The notes beneath the pieces are model-generated. The model saw only the letters and a program-made list of their open reading frames with translations. It did no database searches and was not told the origin of the DNA. A DNA stretch of 64,000 nt from Balanoglossus misakiensis (lineage: Eukaryota > Animalia > Hemichordata): NCBI GenBank assembly GCA_040954595.2, contig CM082597.2:6659849-6723848 (forward strand), in the 5' to 3' direction. The translations under genes and the position numbers were made by a program. Of this stretch, positions 40,001 to 50,797 are shown in pieces (positions within the stretch are counted from its first letter, which is position 1; each line of letters starts with the position of its first letter).

Positions 40001-41123
40001 TGAATATGTCGGTGCACTTTTCATGGCAACCTTGTTGTATAATGATAGAGTTAATGTGATATACGGTTCTGAATCGTCGGAGACCTTCGTGGATCTTTTA
40101 TTGTAGTGATATGAATTTATTCGGTGATGGTGTTAATGTACAGTGTATTAAATTTCTGTAATGCAAGGTGCCTTGAAACTCCGTGTGCTTATATAAAATC
40201 GATTGCGTCACCCCCCCCCCCCTAAAAAAATATAGGAAACATGGCGATTAAGCGCATACAGTTAGAGGTCTAGGGTAAATTGTAAAGCGTGTTTGTTTTA
40301 ATTCATTTTCTGTTGATTCTGTTTTTCCCAAGACAAGACAACAATTTCTGCTCGAGATGATGATTACAGCGACAAAGCTATCAACCGATCGACGCCAGAT
40401 TCACCAGATATCAGAGGCACATTTACCCATCAATCCAAAAACGATAACATGCTGATACCGGGACAAGCCTCAAAGTCTGGTATGATAGCTGATATTGGAA
40501 GCTACGTTGTATCGCTCTTATTCAGTAAACAAGATATCGCCTCTGGCAGCTCTCTACGAACGAATGCGTACACCTGTTAAGCATTCAGGACGTTTTATTG
40601 CTCACTGCCAGTATTTCACATCATGCATTATTCGATCCAACGTGACTCAAACATCGTGCAAGGCCGCCGCACACGAGGGAATTTTGAATAAAAAGGGTGA
40701 ATTTTGCTCAGCAATTTTCTCTCGTGTACGGGCGATTTTTGGTGATTTCTTTTTACTTTTGTGACGTGGATCCTAATATCAACCATGTTTGATATGTATT
40801 CATCGCCAGGAAAATTGCTCAAAACTGCCACACATGAAAGGAATTCGCTGAGTAAAATCCCTCGAATGATTTGTGTTCATCTGCGCCCTTTACATTACGT
40901 TTCATGTCTTTTTGTCTTTACCGAAAACCTATGTTCTGGTGAATCGAATGTCCTGAGCCAAACCGTTTCTTTTATTACAGGAACTTTAAAATCTCTGACT
41001 ATTGTCGGAATTACTGTGGTTGCCGTGATCGCAGCGTCATTGATAGCATTCCTGAGAAAGAAATATAGAAAGAAGAAAGCCGAGGACGCTACCAAAGCAG
41101 GAGGAAACAAATCTACGTGTTAG
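34049..41123 (+). CDS. Multi-exon type I membrane protein: signal peptide, two beta-propeller (tectonin/tachylectin-like) repeat exons, S/T/G-rich stalk, TM, short basic tail
   Basis: Phase-1 GT-AG exons: 34049-34136 (MSTIVRIYVCVLMVMVADVAET), 36983-37558, 37916-38500, 38925-38972, 39131-39178, 39413-39478, ~39874-39987, 40333-40479, 40981-41123 (LTIVGITVVAVIAASLIAFL-RKKYRKKK). Repeats GV(G)TDN.LY...W....SCC.I.V. Boundaries of the small exons are less certain. Confidence 0.78.
34480..36667 (+). mobile_element. Non-autonomous Helentron copy B (both ends intact) in the first coding intron
   Basis: 5' palindrome ggggcccaagcgcc-ctca-ggcgcttgggcccc; 3' subTIR gcttgggcccc plus hairpin gctgc-tt-gcagc then tttaatt. 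Confidence 0.85.
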
Positions 41124-41341
41124 AGAAACATGGTTTATGAGTTTTGCCATTAATGGAACCGACAGCTTGCGACCACATTGAATTCAATATAAACATTTTC
41201 ACTAATAGAGAAAGAGTATTTGTGAGTAATATTAACTTTGAATTAAATTAAAATATCATGTTAAATTGAATTAATAACCGTTTCTAGTCCTTTATTTGCG
41301 ACGTTTTCGTGTAAATTGTGAGCGTTGCGAAGATTGGCGAT

Positions 41342-41392
41342 CACTACACTACACTACACTACGGTACACTACACTACGGTACGCTGCACTGC
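41342..41392. repeat. (CACTA)n pentanucleotide microsatellite
   Basis: Directly visible. Confidence 0.8.
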
Positions 41393-42874
41393 AAACGTTT
41401 ACATGTACTGTGTTTAGCAGTGGAAAGCAAATAGCAGTAACAGCAGCAGTAACAGGGAGTCTGGCCATGACGTAGACATACAAACAGTATCAGAATCACA
41501 TACGGGACGAGTGCACGGGAGAGTGCTGAGAGTGAACAGCAAAACCTGACTGGTCACAACTTTGAAGTAGACACCGCTCTTTCTTCAACTGGTACGGAAT
41601 ATATCGTAACAGGTGGTTGCATTTTACCGTCACCGAAAATAGACCACATGAATATGTATAAGAATTCTTCTTTTGAATGTGCATTACTGCAACGCAGTTT
41701 GGAAATCTAGATTACGCTTGGGGCATACTAGCGGTTCCCAGCTGTTGCAATAAATTATCTTCTACATCGATTAAGGCACCGTTAGTCTGTTCATTTTTTC
41801 AGATTTGCTTTGAGATGATTTTTTTCAAATGAGCAAAACATAAAAGTGCCACGAGGTCCTATAGGCACCTGTTGTCATATCTGTCTTGCACCATCTAAAT
41901 GTACGCATTCACTTTTTAGAAAGAAACAGCCAATATTTCTGAAAATAGAACCGTTCAAGTGTTTCCTGCATAATTTTGGAAGCAAATTACTTGCATAGAG
42001 AGTGCGGTGTCCGAAACGATATGTCATCTTGGTTTCACAATGAATGACAGTGCAACAGGTGGGTGAATAACACCCTCAAAAAGGAGCCGGTGTTTGTAAT
42101 GACTTTCATGCACGCATGTAAAAAATCTTTAAGTTGTTTCGAGAATAATACTTCTAGTTCTGATTCTTGTGTAAATAGAACAATAATACCATACCGCGCA
42201 AGCAAAAGACGTCGCCGTACCCTACATCTGGTGTTGATCAGATATGGATTTGAACGTGTGGGGGAAATTCAATACCAATGCCCTGACAGATGGCTTAGTC
42301 TTCAAAAGTTCGAAGAAATACAATGTGTGAACATGTGGATTTAAATAATTGCCACACCTCGTTGCCCCCGGTCTTCGGAAATAAAATCACAACACCGTAT
42401 AAATTCTGTCCTTCAAGAACATCGCATTCCAGTTTACCCGGCGAGTGGGATGAAAGCTCACGTCTCTTGATTTACGACGTGGACACGAGCGGCAAGTACG
42501 TACATCTGTAAGACACGCTATAGATAGATGATGCTTCGCCTGTATATCTCAATTCCACTTTAATGTACAATATATTTGTAATTTTTCCGACTTTTTCGAG
42601 TATACATCGTGATGGCGAAGCGTTCATGAAGGCTATGCTTTTATACCTGAAGGTGTCAACTGATGTTGGTTCGAGACCACTTTTTTCTACTTCTTTTTTG
42701 TGTGAGAAATTTTAACGACATTATCATTGGAATTGTTATCATTTTCATAAATCCAATTCATTTCAATATCTACGCTGCGTTTTTTATCTGTCGGGTATGA
42801 GAAACATGCAGGGAAATGTGATCATTTTTCTTGTCGCGGTTCACTTGGGCAAGTCTGAATACGGAGGGTTAGGG

Positions 42875-43140
42875 TTAGGAATCCAAATTTTTGGCCCAAT
42901 TTTTGGGTACCCTCAGCTGACCTTTGAAGTACTTACTGAAGTACTTACATAACGTAGAAGTTCACTTTTGGTTGTTGTGTTTGTACTTGTAGGACATCCA
43001 TTTCGGGTGGTTGCCTACTTCCCCACATCTCCACATCCAGAGCAAATACAGCCTACGCATTTGAATGGTACAACCCTGAATGGAGTCTAATGGTTATTAT
43101 CTCTATGCTTGGGCCCCTTCAATGCTGCTTGCAGCTTTAA
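42875..43140 (+). mobile_element. Helentron 3'-terminal fragment (copy C)
   Basis: Matches 36403-36665 with intact subTIR and hairpin; preceded by gggttagggttagg. Confidence 0.85.
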
Positions 43141-43282
43141 TATGATCTGATGTTTTGTAGTGTTGCTACAGTAACACTGTTAGTTGTCACCAGTGATTCA
43201 GCTAGCGCACGGCCTTGCGACATTCGACGCAATAAATGTTGGATTGTCGCAACAAAATAATCTTTATGGGTCACTTTGACGC

Positions 43283-43669
43283 TAGTCTAGAATCTATCCG
43301 TTCGTAGTCGCATTCACCCTACTACCGTCTAGGAACGCAGAACCAAAATCTAGTAAGGCCATAAAAATGGTAATTTGAATGTGAATAGTCTCCAACTGAG
43401 CAATCTGACGTCAAGCGTCACCACGTGATCATGATTATGTATCATTCGGGGCGGAGCTACATTGTAAACATAATTAACATTCAACGTTATCATTTTACGG
43501 CCAATCAGTAGTCGGTCAACGTAAGTGATTGACTTCTCTGACGTCAGACTGCTCAGTTGGAGACTATTCACATTCAAATTACCATTTTTATGGCCTTACT
43601 AGATTTTGGTTCTGCGTTCCTAGACGGTAGTAGGGTGAATGCGACTACGAACGGATAGATTCTAGACTA
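43283..43669. mobile_element. Palindromic MITE with ~130 bp near-perfect TIRs (TAG...CTA termini)
   Basis: tagtctagaatctatccgttcg... / ...cgaacggatagattctagacta; replaces ~725 bp of the unit (cf. 58389-59113). Confidence 0.85.
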
Positions 43670-44279
43670 TAAAAGACAATCCGCAAGGAAAACTTGTGAA
43701 CTTGGCATGAGCACGCAGACTGTTTCATCGAGGATGGCATAAACATGCAGGGGGGGGGGGGGAATTCCACTCCGGCAAGGGGGGACTGTTATATCTCTAG
43801 CTGGGCAGGTAAATTTTCAGAGTGTGTATCTAATGGGCAGGTAAGCAAGCAAAACAGAGATCTTAAGGCCTGACTGCATAATTAGAGAGCAGACTGCAGA
43901 CACCCGATTATAATAATTTATATCGATGTTTAGGGGCCATAGTGATGTCCAAAAGAAGCTATGATTATGTAAATGTTATGGAAATTAGCCCTGACTCTAT
44001 GATTTTTTCCTAGGGAGAACCCTGTCCTGATATATATTGTCCCTCGAAAATATGATTTGTTCCTCTTTCTAACCTGCTGCGGGTCACAATGTCCCCATGC
44101 TTTCAAAAGCTGCTGAAACATTGTGTCACCAGGTTGTCTTCAAGAAAATTATTCACATTTCACTATTGGTATAATACTCTCAAATAGCACAGGGGGTTGC
44201 AAACATTAAAGTTATAAATGGCGGAGTTCTGATCTGCATTTTCCCCACCTGTCTCATAATTTGCTAATCTAGAATAAAA

Positions 44280-44482
44280 GCTACCCCATTTCCCATTAAG
44301 CACCTGCTAACGACTTAATATGTGTGCCCCATCCACGGATTAAGTTGATAAAGTAAACATCAGTCAGCGAGTACTGGGTATAACCAAGTGAGAACTAACC
44401 GATGTTTACTTTATCCACTTAATCCGTGGATGCGGCACACAGATTAAGTCGTTAGCAGGTGCTTATAGGAAATTCGATAGCT
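44280..44482. mobile_element. Hairpin MITE (~85 bp arms); second copy at 60100-60302
   Basis: taagcacctgctaacgacttaat... / ...attaagtcgttagcaggtgctta. Confidence 0.75.
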
Positions 44483-44729
44483 AGTATTTTGGATTAGCAA
44501 CTGATAAGACAGGTGGAGGTAACACAGAAAAATAAACAAGCACAGAGACTGTTCAGCAAGTACTGTTTATTGGGCGAAAAATGCACACCAAAACTCCGCC
44601 ATAACTTTAATGTTTGCATCCCCCCCCCCCGTGCTATCAGGGTGAAATATTGTTCCTCACACAAATTCTGTATTGGGAAATTGGTTGCCAGAGATGGAAA
44701 TTTCATGCAGACACAATGTGTAGGTTTAT

Positions 44730-44885
44730 AATTTGCAGTGAATGTTTGCAAAGATCTGTGAAAATACAAGAAGAGACAAATAATTTGCAATGAATGTTTG
44801 CAAACATTTGTGAAAATATAAGAAGAGACAAATAATTTGCAATGAATGTTTGCAAAGATTTGTGAAAATACAAGAAGAGACAAAC
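44730..44885. repeat. ~51 bp minisatellite x3 (also near 50284, 60558, 63623)
   Basis: aatttgcaatgaatgtttgcaaagatttgtgaaaatacaagaagagacaaat repeated. Confidence 0.9.
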
Positions 44886-46436
44886 AGCTCACAATGTCTA
44901 ATGAGTACCAAGAAATCTGGGACGGTTCATTGGTATAATGTGATGATGTGTCCCACTTTCAGTTCAATATATCGGTATTTGTCAACTGTACCCAGTCAAA
45001 GTTTACATTCATTCTCTTCTCAGTGATACATGCATGTACATTGTGTTCAAGTTTGACCTTTTGACCTCAACTCTCAGGTACTCAGCCGGTACTAGGTAGA
45101 CCCTGGTATTTGCTGAATCACTGAATTCAATTCATCATGTGACTTTGGTGGCTTGCCAAGTTTTTATAAACTACAGCACGTATCAGGGTCTGCCTCAACT
45201 GTGACGGCAATCATGGTTTAATCAGTTCTGAAAATAAACTTCCAACAAAAATTCACTGTATCACTAAACTGCAAATTATAGCTACATATGTGTAATATTG
45301 GGTCTGTTCTAAATGTACCTTATACATGACAAGGTGGGGCACGTTTTTGGTGTTTTATTGTTGACATGAAAACCATGACACATCTGGAAAAAAATCTTGA
45401 TATAAAGAAAGATGTACTCTGAAATTTAAAAATGAATAATTACAACTACTGTGTCTACTGACCCTCAAGGGACAAGGGTGTTTCACTTCTGTTGCAATGT
45501 CATTTCCATTGACACAAGTTCAGTTGCCAGTTAGCTATTCATTACACATAATAGCAAGACATAACAGTTTGTTTACGTCTGGGTGCGTTTAATATTAACA
45601 ATAAAGGCTGTCCCTTATATGATCAGAATATGTTGATTCCAGTAAGTACAAGAAAACACATCAATTTAGTTTCAATTCTAGCAACTGAAATAATTTATCT
45701 GAGCTGAGACAACATCTCTGCTTTGAAGATTTGTTTTGTGGCATCAAAACACAAAGTGAGTTTCCTATGAAGACAACGTTCAGAAAGATTTTCAGGTAGG
45801 CTTGGAGGAAATAATGCTATCCAAATATGCGTTAGAGTACAGGTATAAAAATCTGTCATAACTACCCATCATGCATCAGTCAGACTGTGCTACTAGTATC
45901 ATAGAGCGAAACTAGCAAATATCAAATTTGTCTGTTGAAAAGTTTTATACAATACCATATAACTTTTAAATAGCTTCCTAGAATATTGTAATACATTGAG
46001 TGTTCAATGGGAAAATGTACATAGATAGCGTGAAAACATTCTAGACATTTGATGAGCACAAAGTGAAAAGACACTGATAGAGTTATGATATCAAGTCAAA
46101 ATGGATTGCAACAGTAATTGCCACTGTAACTAGACATGCTGGTGGTAGAAACATCATTGGTTAGACTTTATGGTTGAACCCAGTGACTTGACAAGCATTT
46201 GCAGACACTGTACAGGCCATCCAGATGAAACCACATTGGAAACAACACAAAAACATGCTAACATACTAAGTGACTTGGCAAACAACTGATATCAGCCATA
46301 TGTGGTTTATTTTCCAGCCATCGATGACAGCGCGAGACTTCATTCTGACCTTTCCACCCCCGACAGTATGGTTCAGCCCATTGTTTTCAATGATATGGTT
46401 TAACCCATATACTAGAAATGGGGTGAAAGTCTCTCT

Positions 46437-46563
46437 CTATGTTCTATTTTGTTGTGAAGCTGTTAACTTAATAATTCTTCTTCCCAAGTGGGCATTATGT
46501 TGTTGCAGGTATCTAATCATATCAGCTTGCTTCTCCAAAATATCATCCACCTGATTACTATCC
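46437..46563 (-). pseudogene. TMEM192: Terminal exon of TMEM192-like gene (copy 2)
   Basis: Same peptide as copy 1; one synonymous change (His). Confidence 0.7.
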
Positions 46564-46711
46564 CTGTAACAAACAAAATACAAAAACACTCATTAAAATC
46601 ACAAATTTACTTCAATTCCAAACCAAGGTAGCAATTTGACGCGCTCGCGTTTGTGTGTGGCTGGGCAACAGGTGTCTGCCGATGTCAAACTGCCATAGCT
46701 GTAGTATACTA

Positions 46712-46878
46712 CTGTAAAACACTTTATTTTCGCGAGTATTAATTTTGGCGTTCTCTTATTTCATTCACTGCATCGTTATCGTCCAAAACAATTTACATGA
46801 CTTTTTATTTTCAAGCTATTTTGGCTCTCGCGTATTTCGTGAAAAATTTATTGCTAGCGAAAATAAAGTGTTTTACAG
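46712..46878. mobile_element. MITE with TA TSD, specific to unit copy 2
   Basis: TIR ctgtaaaacactttattttcgc / gcgaaaataaagtgttttacag; absent from the other copies. Confidence 0.85.
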
Positions 46879-47092
46879 TATATTTACAGTATACAGTCAA
46901 ACCTGTATTAGTGGCTACCTCTATATCATGGCCACTTTGTTACAGTCCCTGTGCAATTTACATATGCATTAGGGCCTGGTCAGAATTAACAGGGGGGGGG
47001 AAGGCCGGTGCGATTCAAAATCCGCATGCATGAAAAATACTGACCCTCCCCCTTCTCCGTGAACAAAATCAAGTGACCCTCCCCACAATATT

Positions 47093-47527
47093 TAGCCCGG
47101 AGACACAGGCGTAGTAGGGGAAAAGGAACGCCCGGGGACATTCTCTATTTACGCATCGAATTCTGTGCGGAGAACGACACGGGTGGTAAATCTTGTGTGT
47201 AAGCTAATTGGTCACTTAAATGTAACAATGTGTAAACCAAATGACATCATCGCATTCTAAATAAGGAAATAGAGGTGGAGTCATTAGTGAAATTCCCGCA
47301 ACGGGGTGTGGGAGTGGTTTTGAAGGTGTATGAATATTCATAACCAAGCTTTGTTAATTATATCATCCAACCACTGGCGCCCGTCAACATTTGATAGATC
47401 ACTCGTTATCCATTCGTTACTAAGCGACCCTAGTCGTTGCCAGGGCTACTATCTTTCAGCTCAGCAGGAAATTTCTCTACTGTCCCCGGGCGTTGTATTC
47501 TAGATCGACACCTGTGTCTCCGGGCTA
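47093..47527. mobile_element. MITE with TAG...CTA termini nested in the Harbinger-like element
   Basis: tagcccggagacacagg / cctgtgtctccgggcta; imperfect 9-bp flanks cacaatatt / tacaatatc. Confidence 0.7.
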
Positions 47528-47894
47528 TACAATATCCGATGATTCATTCTGATTTGTACAATCAGATATTACTCAGTCAAACCAGGCAAAGTTCACATTT
47601 GTACAGAAAATTGTAGACCACTATTAAATACACCTCAGTTAGTTATTTGCTTGTTTCCTCCAAAGTTTGACATTTGCAGTACATGAATACTTTGATTTTG
47701 GCTTTTAAATATTCATTTTGAAATTTTCACTCTTATTCCTCAACATACTTTTCCTAGATAAATACAGTTATATGTACTTCATATCATTGTTAGTATCTAA
47801 AACAGAAAAAGTTATTAAATGGACAACCTCGATGATACAAATCATGGAGAATTGTGGGTAAAATATCGTACTGTGCTCCCCTTCCCTTAAGAAA

Positions 47895-47958
47895 TTAGGG
47901 TTAGGGTTAGGGTTAGGGTTTGGGCTAGGGTTAGGGTTAGGGTTAGGGTTATGGGGTT
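47895..47958 (+). repeat. Interstitial telomeric repeat (TTAGGG)~10
   Basis: Directly visible. Confidence 0.92.
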
Positions 47959-50797
47959 TAAGATCACATACTGGTACATGTGTATGTTTTGTGAGTTGTG
48001 TGATGTATTTTGTAGTACAAGGGATGTCAATACATTCATACAGGAGTGCCTATATGAGCGCAAGTCTCTTTTCAGGATTTCTCAGTAACACTTCAAATTT
48101 TTGACATTATCGGTGTCATCCTTGCACAAAAATTAATGACCCTCCCCTTGACAAGTGCCCAAAATGTAGCGGCCCTCCCCCAAACCGTTGCATGAGAAAT
48201 GGTGACCCTCCCCCCAATCGCACCGGCCCTCCCCCCTGTTAATTCTGACCAGGCCCTTAATTGACCTGTATATAGAGGCCATTATCTGTCTATAAAGGCC
48301 AGTTCAGGAGAGTCCCTTAACTGGCCACTATAGACAGGTTCGACTGTACTACAGCAGATCAACATCATCAGGCACCTGTGCATGGGTCCTAATACAATGT
48401 AATTGTTCTAACTGTGGCCAAAACAAATTTGCTGGCATACCAAATCCCCACCCCCAGAAATCAAATGGTTAATCTCCCCTAAGAAACAATACAACATATT
48501 TATTCCACATAAAGTGTAGAAAGAATTGTTATCATACAATCAGCCACTGACTCACACAGTAACCTGCAATATAGGTCAACTCTTTCATTCTCTGTCAAAG
48601 TTTGCAACTGTTATCTTTGTGTAAAGAATTGTCCATTGTGTTACTTCCAGAACTTTTGACCTCAACTTGTGGGTGGATTCAACACCCCAGCCAGTTTAAA
48701 AACAGCTGTACTAGCCGAGATAAGAAGTGAATAGAAATTGCTGACTGACAGTTAAATCAAAAACTGTTTATCTAGGAAATGAAGCCAAATGAAATGAAAC
48801 TTAATTTCATATACAAGTAGCAAAAAATATAATAATATGATCTGATGTTTTTGTAGTGTTGCTATAGTAACACTGTTAGTTGTCACCAGTGTTTCAGCTA
48901 GCGCACGGCCTTGCGACATTCGACGCAATAAATGTTGGATTGTCGCAACAAAATAATCTTTATGGGTCACTTTGACGCATTCTTACTGAGTGAGCAACAA
49001 TATGACTGATTGTCATCTCCCGTACTTTTGCTTTGTGTCCGCCTTTGCTTTCACTGGAACTTGTTACTCCCTTTCAATTTTTGATAATTTAGTGAACACA
49101 ACTGAGTGATTTCACACCTTGCACAGCTTTAATCACCCTAGAAGCAACGCAGCTCTGCACGCTGTCAAGACCAGTGCGCTGCCATTTTATTCAGTGCACA
49201 AGTTATCTTTACACAGGCGTCCTATAAATAGCATCAATAGCCTAGTAACACAAGCAACGCACAGAGCTTAGGCGCATTGTGACAACTTAGCTAAACTTGA
49301 CAAATGATGAAGCAACTTTTGTTGGAGGTCATGCCATGTGTCTGTGCATCTGTACATGCTTATAAAATTAACAGCGGCCCAGGGCTGGTAATAATTGCGC
49401 AGGGCAGGTAAATTTCGTAGTCACCTGCCCTGATTTATGCCAATAACTTGATAAGGGAAACTTTTAAATACTTTGCACCATTTGACTTAGTTTAGAATAT
49501 GAATGGTATGATTGCAAAAAAAAAATTATTATCAAAGCAATTGATCTGATCCTAAATGTTGATCTTTTTGCTCCCAATAATAATATGTGATAAAATTTCT
49601 TCATCAATGGCAGTACATAATTAACACACAATCTGAGATGTCTTAGGATATGTCCAATTTCTAAAAATTAAATACATGTACCGGGTAGTAGGATATAAAA
49701 GATAACCCTCACTGAAAACTTGTGAATTTGGCATGAGCAGGCAGACTGTTTCATCGAGGATGGCATAAACAGGGGGGGGGGGGGGGATTCCACTCTGGCA
49801 AGGGGGGACTGTAATATCTATAGCTGGGCAGGTAAATTTTCAGAGTGTGTGTCGATTGGGCAGGGAAGCAAGCAAAACAAAAATCTCAAGGCCTGACTTC
49901 ATAACTACAAAGCAGACTGCAGACACCCAATTATAATAATTTATATCGATGTTTAGGGGCCATAGTGATGTCCAAAAGAAGCTATGATTATGTAAATTTT
50001 ATGGAAATTAGCCCTGACTCTATGATTTTTCCTAGGGAGAACCCTGTCCCTCGAAAATATGATTTGTTCCCCTTTCTAACCTGCAGCGGGTCACAATGTC
50101 CACATGCTTTCAAAAGCTGCTGAAACATTGTGTCACCAAGTTGTCTTCAAGAAAAAAATTCAAATTTCAGTATTGGTATAATACCATCCATCAGGATAAA
50201 ATATGGTTCCTCACACAAATTCTGTATTGGGAAATTGGTTGCCAGAGATGGAACTTTCATGCAGACACAATGTGTATGTTTATAATTTGCAATGAATGTT
50301 TGCAAAGATTTGTGAAAATACAAGAAGAGACAAATAATTTGCAAAAATGTTTGCAAAGATTTGTGAAAATACAAGAAGAGACAAATAATTTGCAATGAAT
50401 CTTTGCAAAGATTTGTGAAAATACAAGAAGAGACAAACAGCTCACAATGTCTAATGAGTACCAAGAAATCTGGGACGGTTCATTGGTATATGTGATGATG
50501 TGTCCCACTTTCAGTTCAATATATCAGTATTTGTCAACTGTACCCAGTCAAAGTTTACATTCATTCACTTCTCAGTGATTCATTGTGTTCAAGTTTGACC
50601 TTTTGACCTCAACTCTCAGGTACTCAGCCGGCACTAGGTAGACCCTGGTATTTGCTGAATCACTGAATTCAATTTATCATGTGACTTTGGTGGCTTGCCA
50701 AGTTTTTTATAAACCCCTAACTCAGTCAAAATTAATGACACTATACTGAACAGTGTGTTGCTATGTGATTACAAGCATTTTGACTCGAGCTGCAAAG

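Larger units (their letters stand above)
46972..48256. mobile_element. PIF/Harbinger-like non-autonomous element (TTA TSD) nested in the mariner-type MITE
   Basis: TIR gggcctggtcagaattaacagggggg / cccccctgttaattctgaccaggccc; empty site gcaTTAattgacc in the other copies. Confidence 0.85.
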
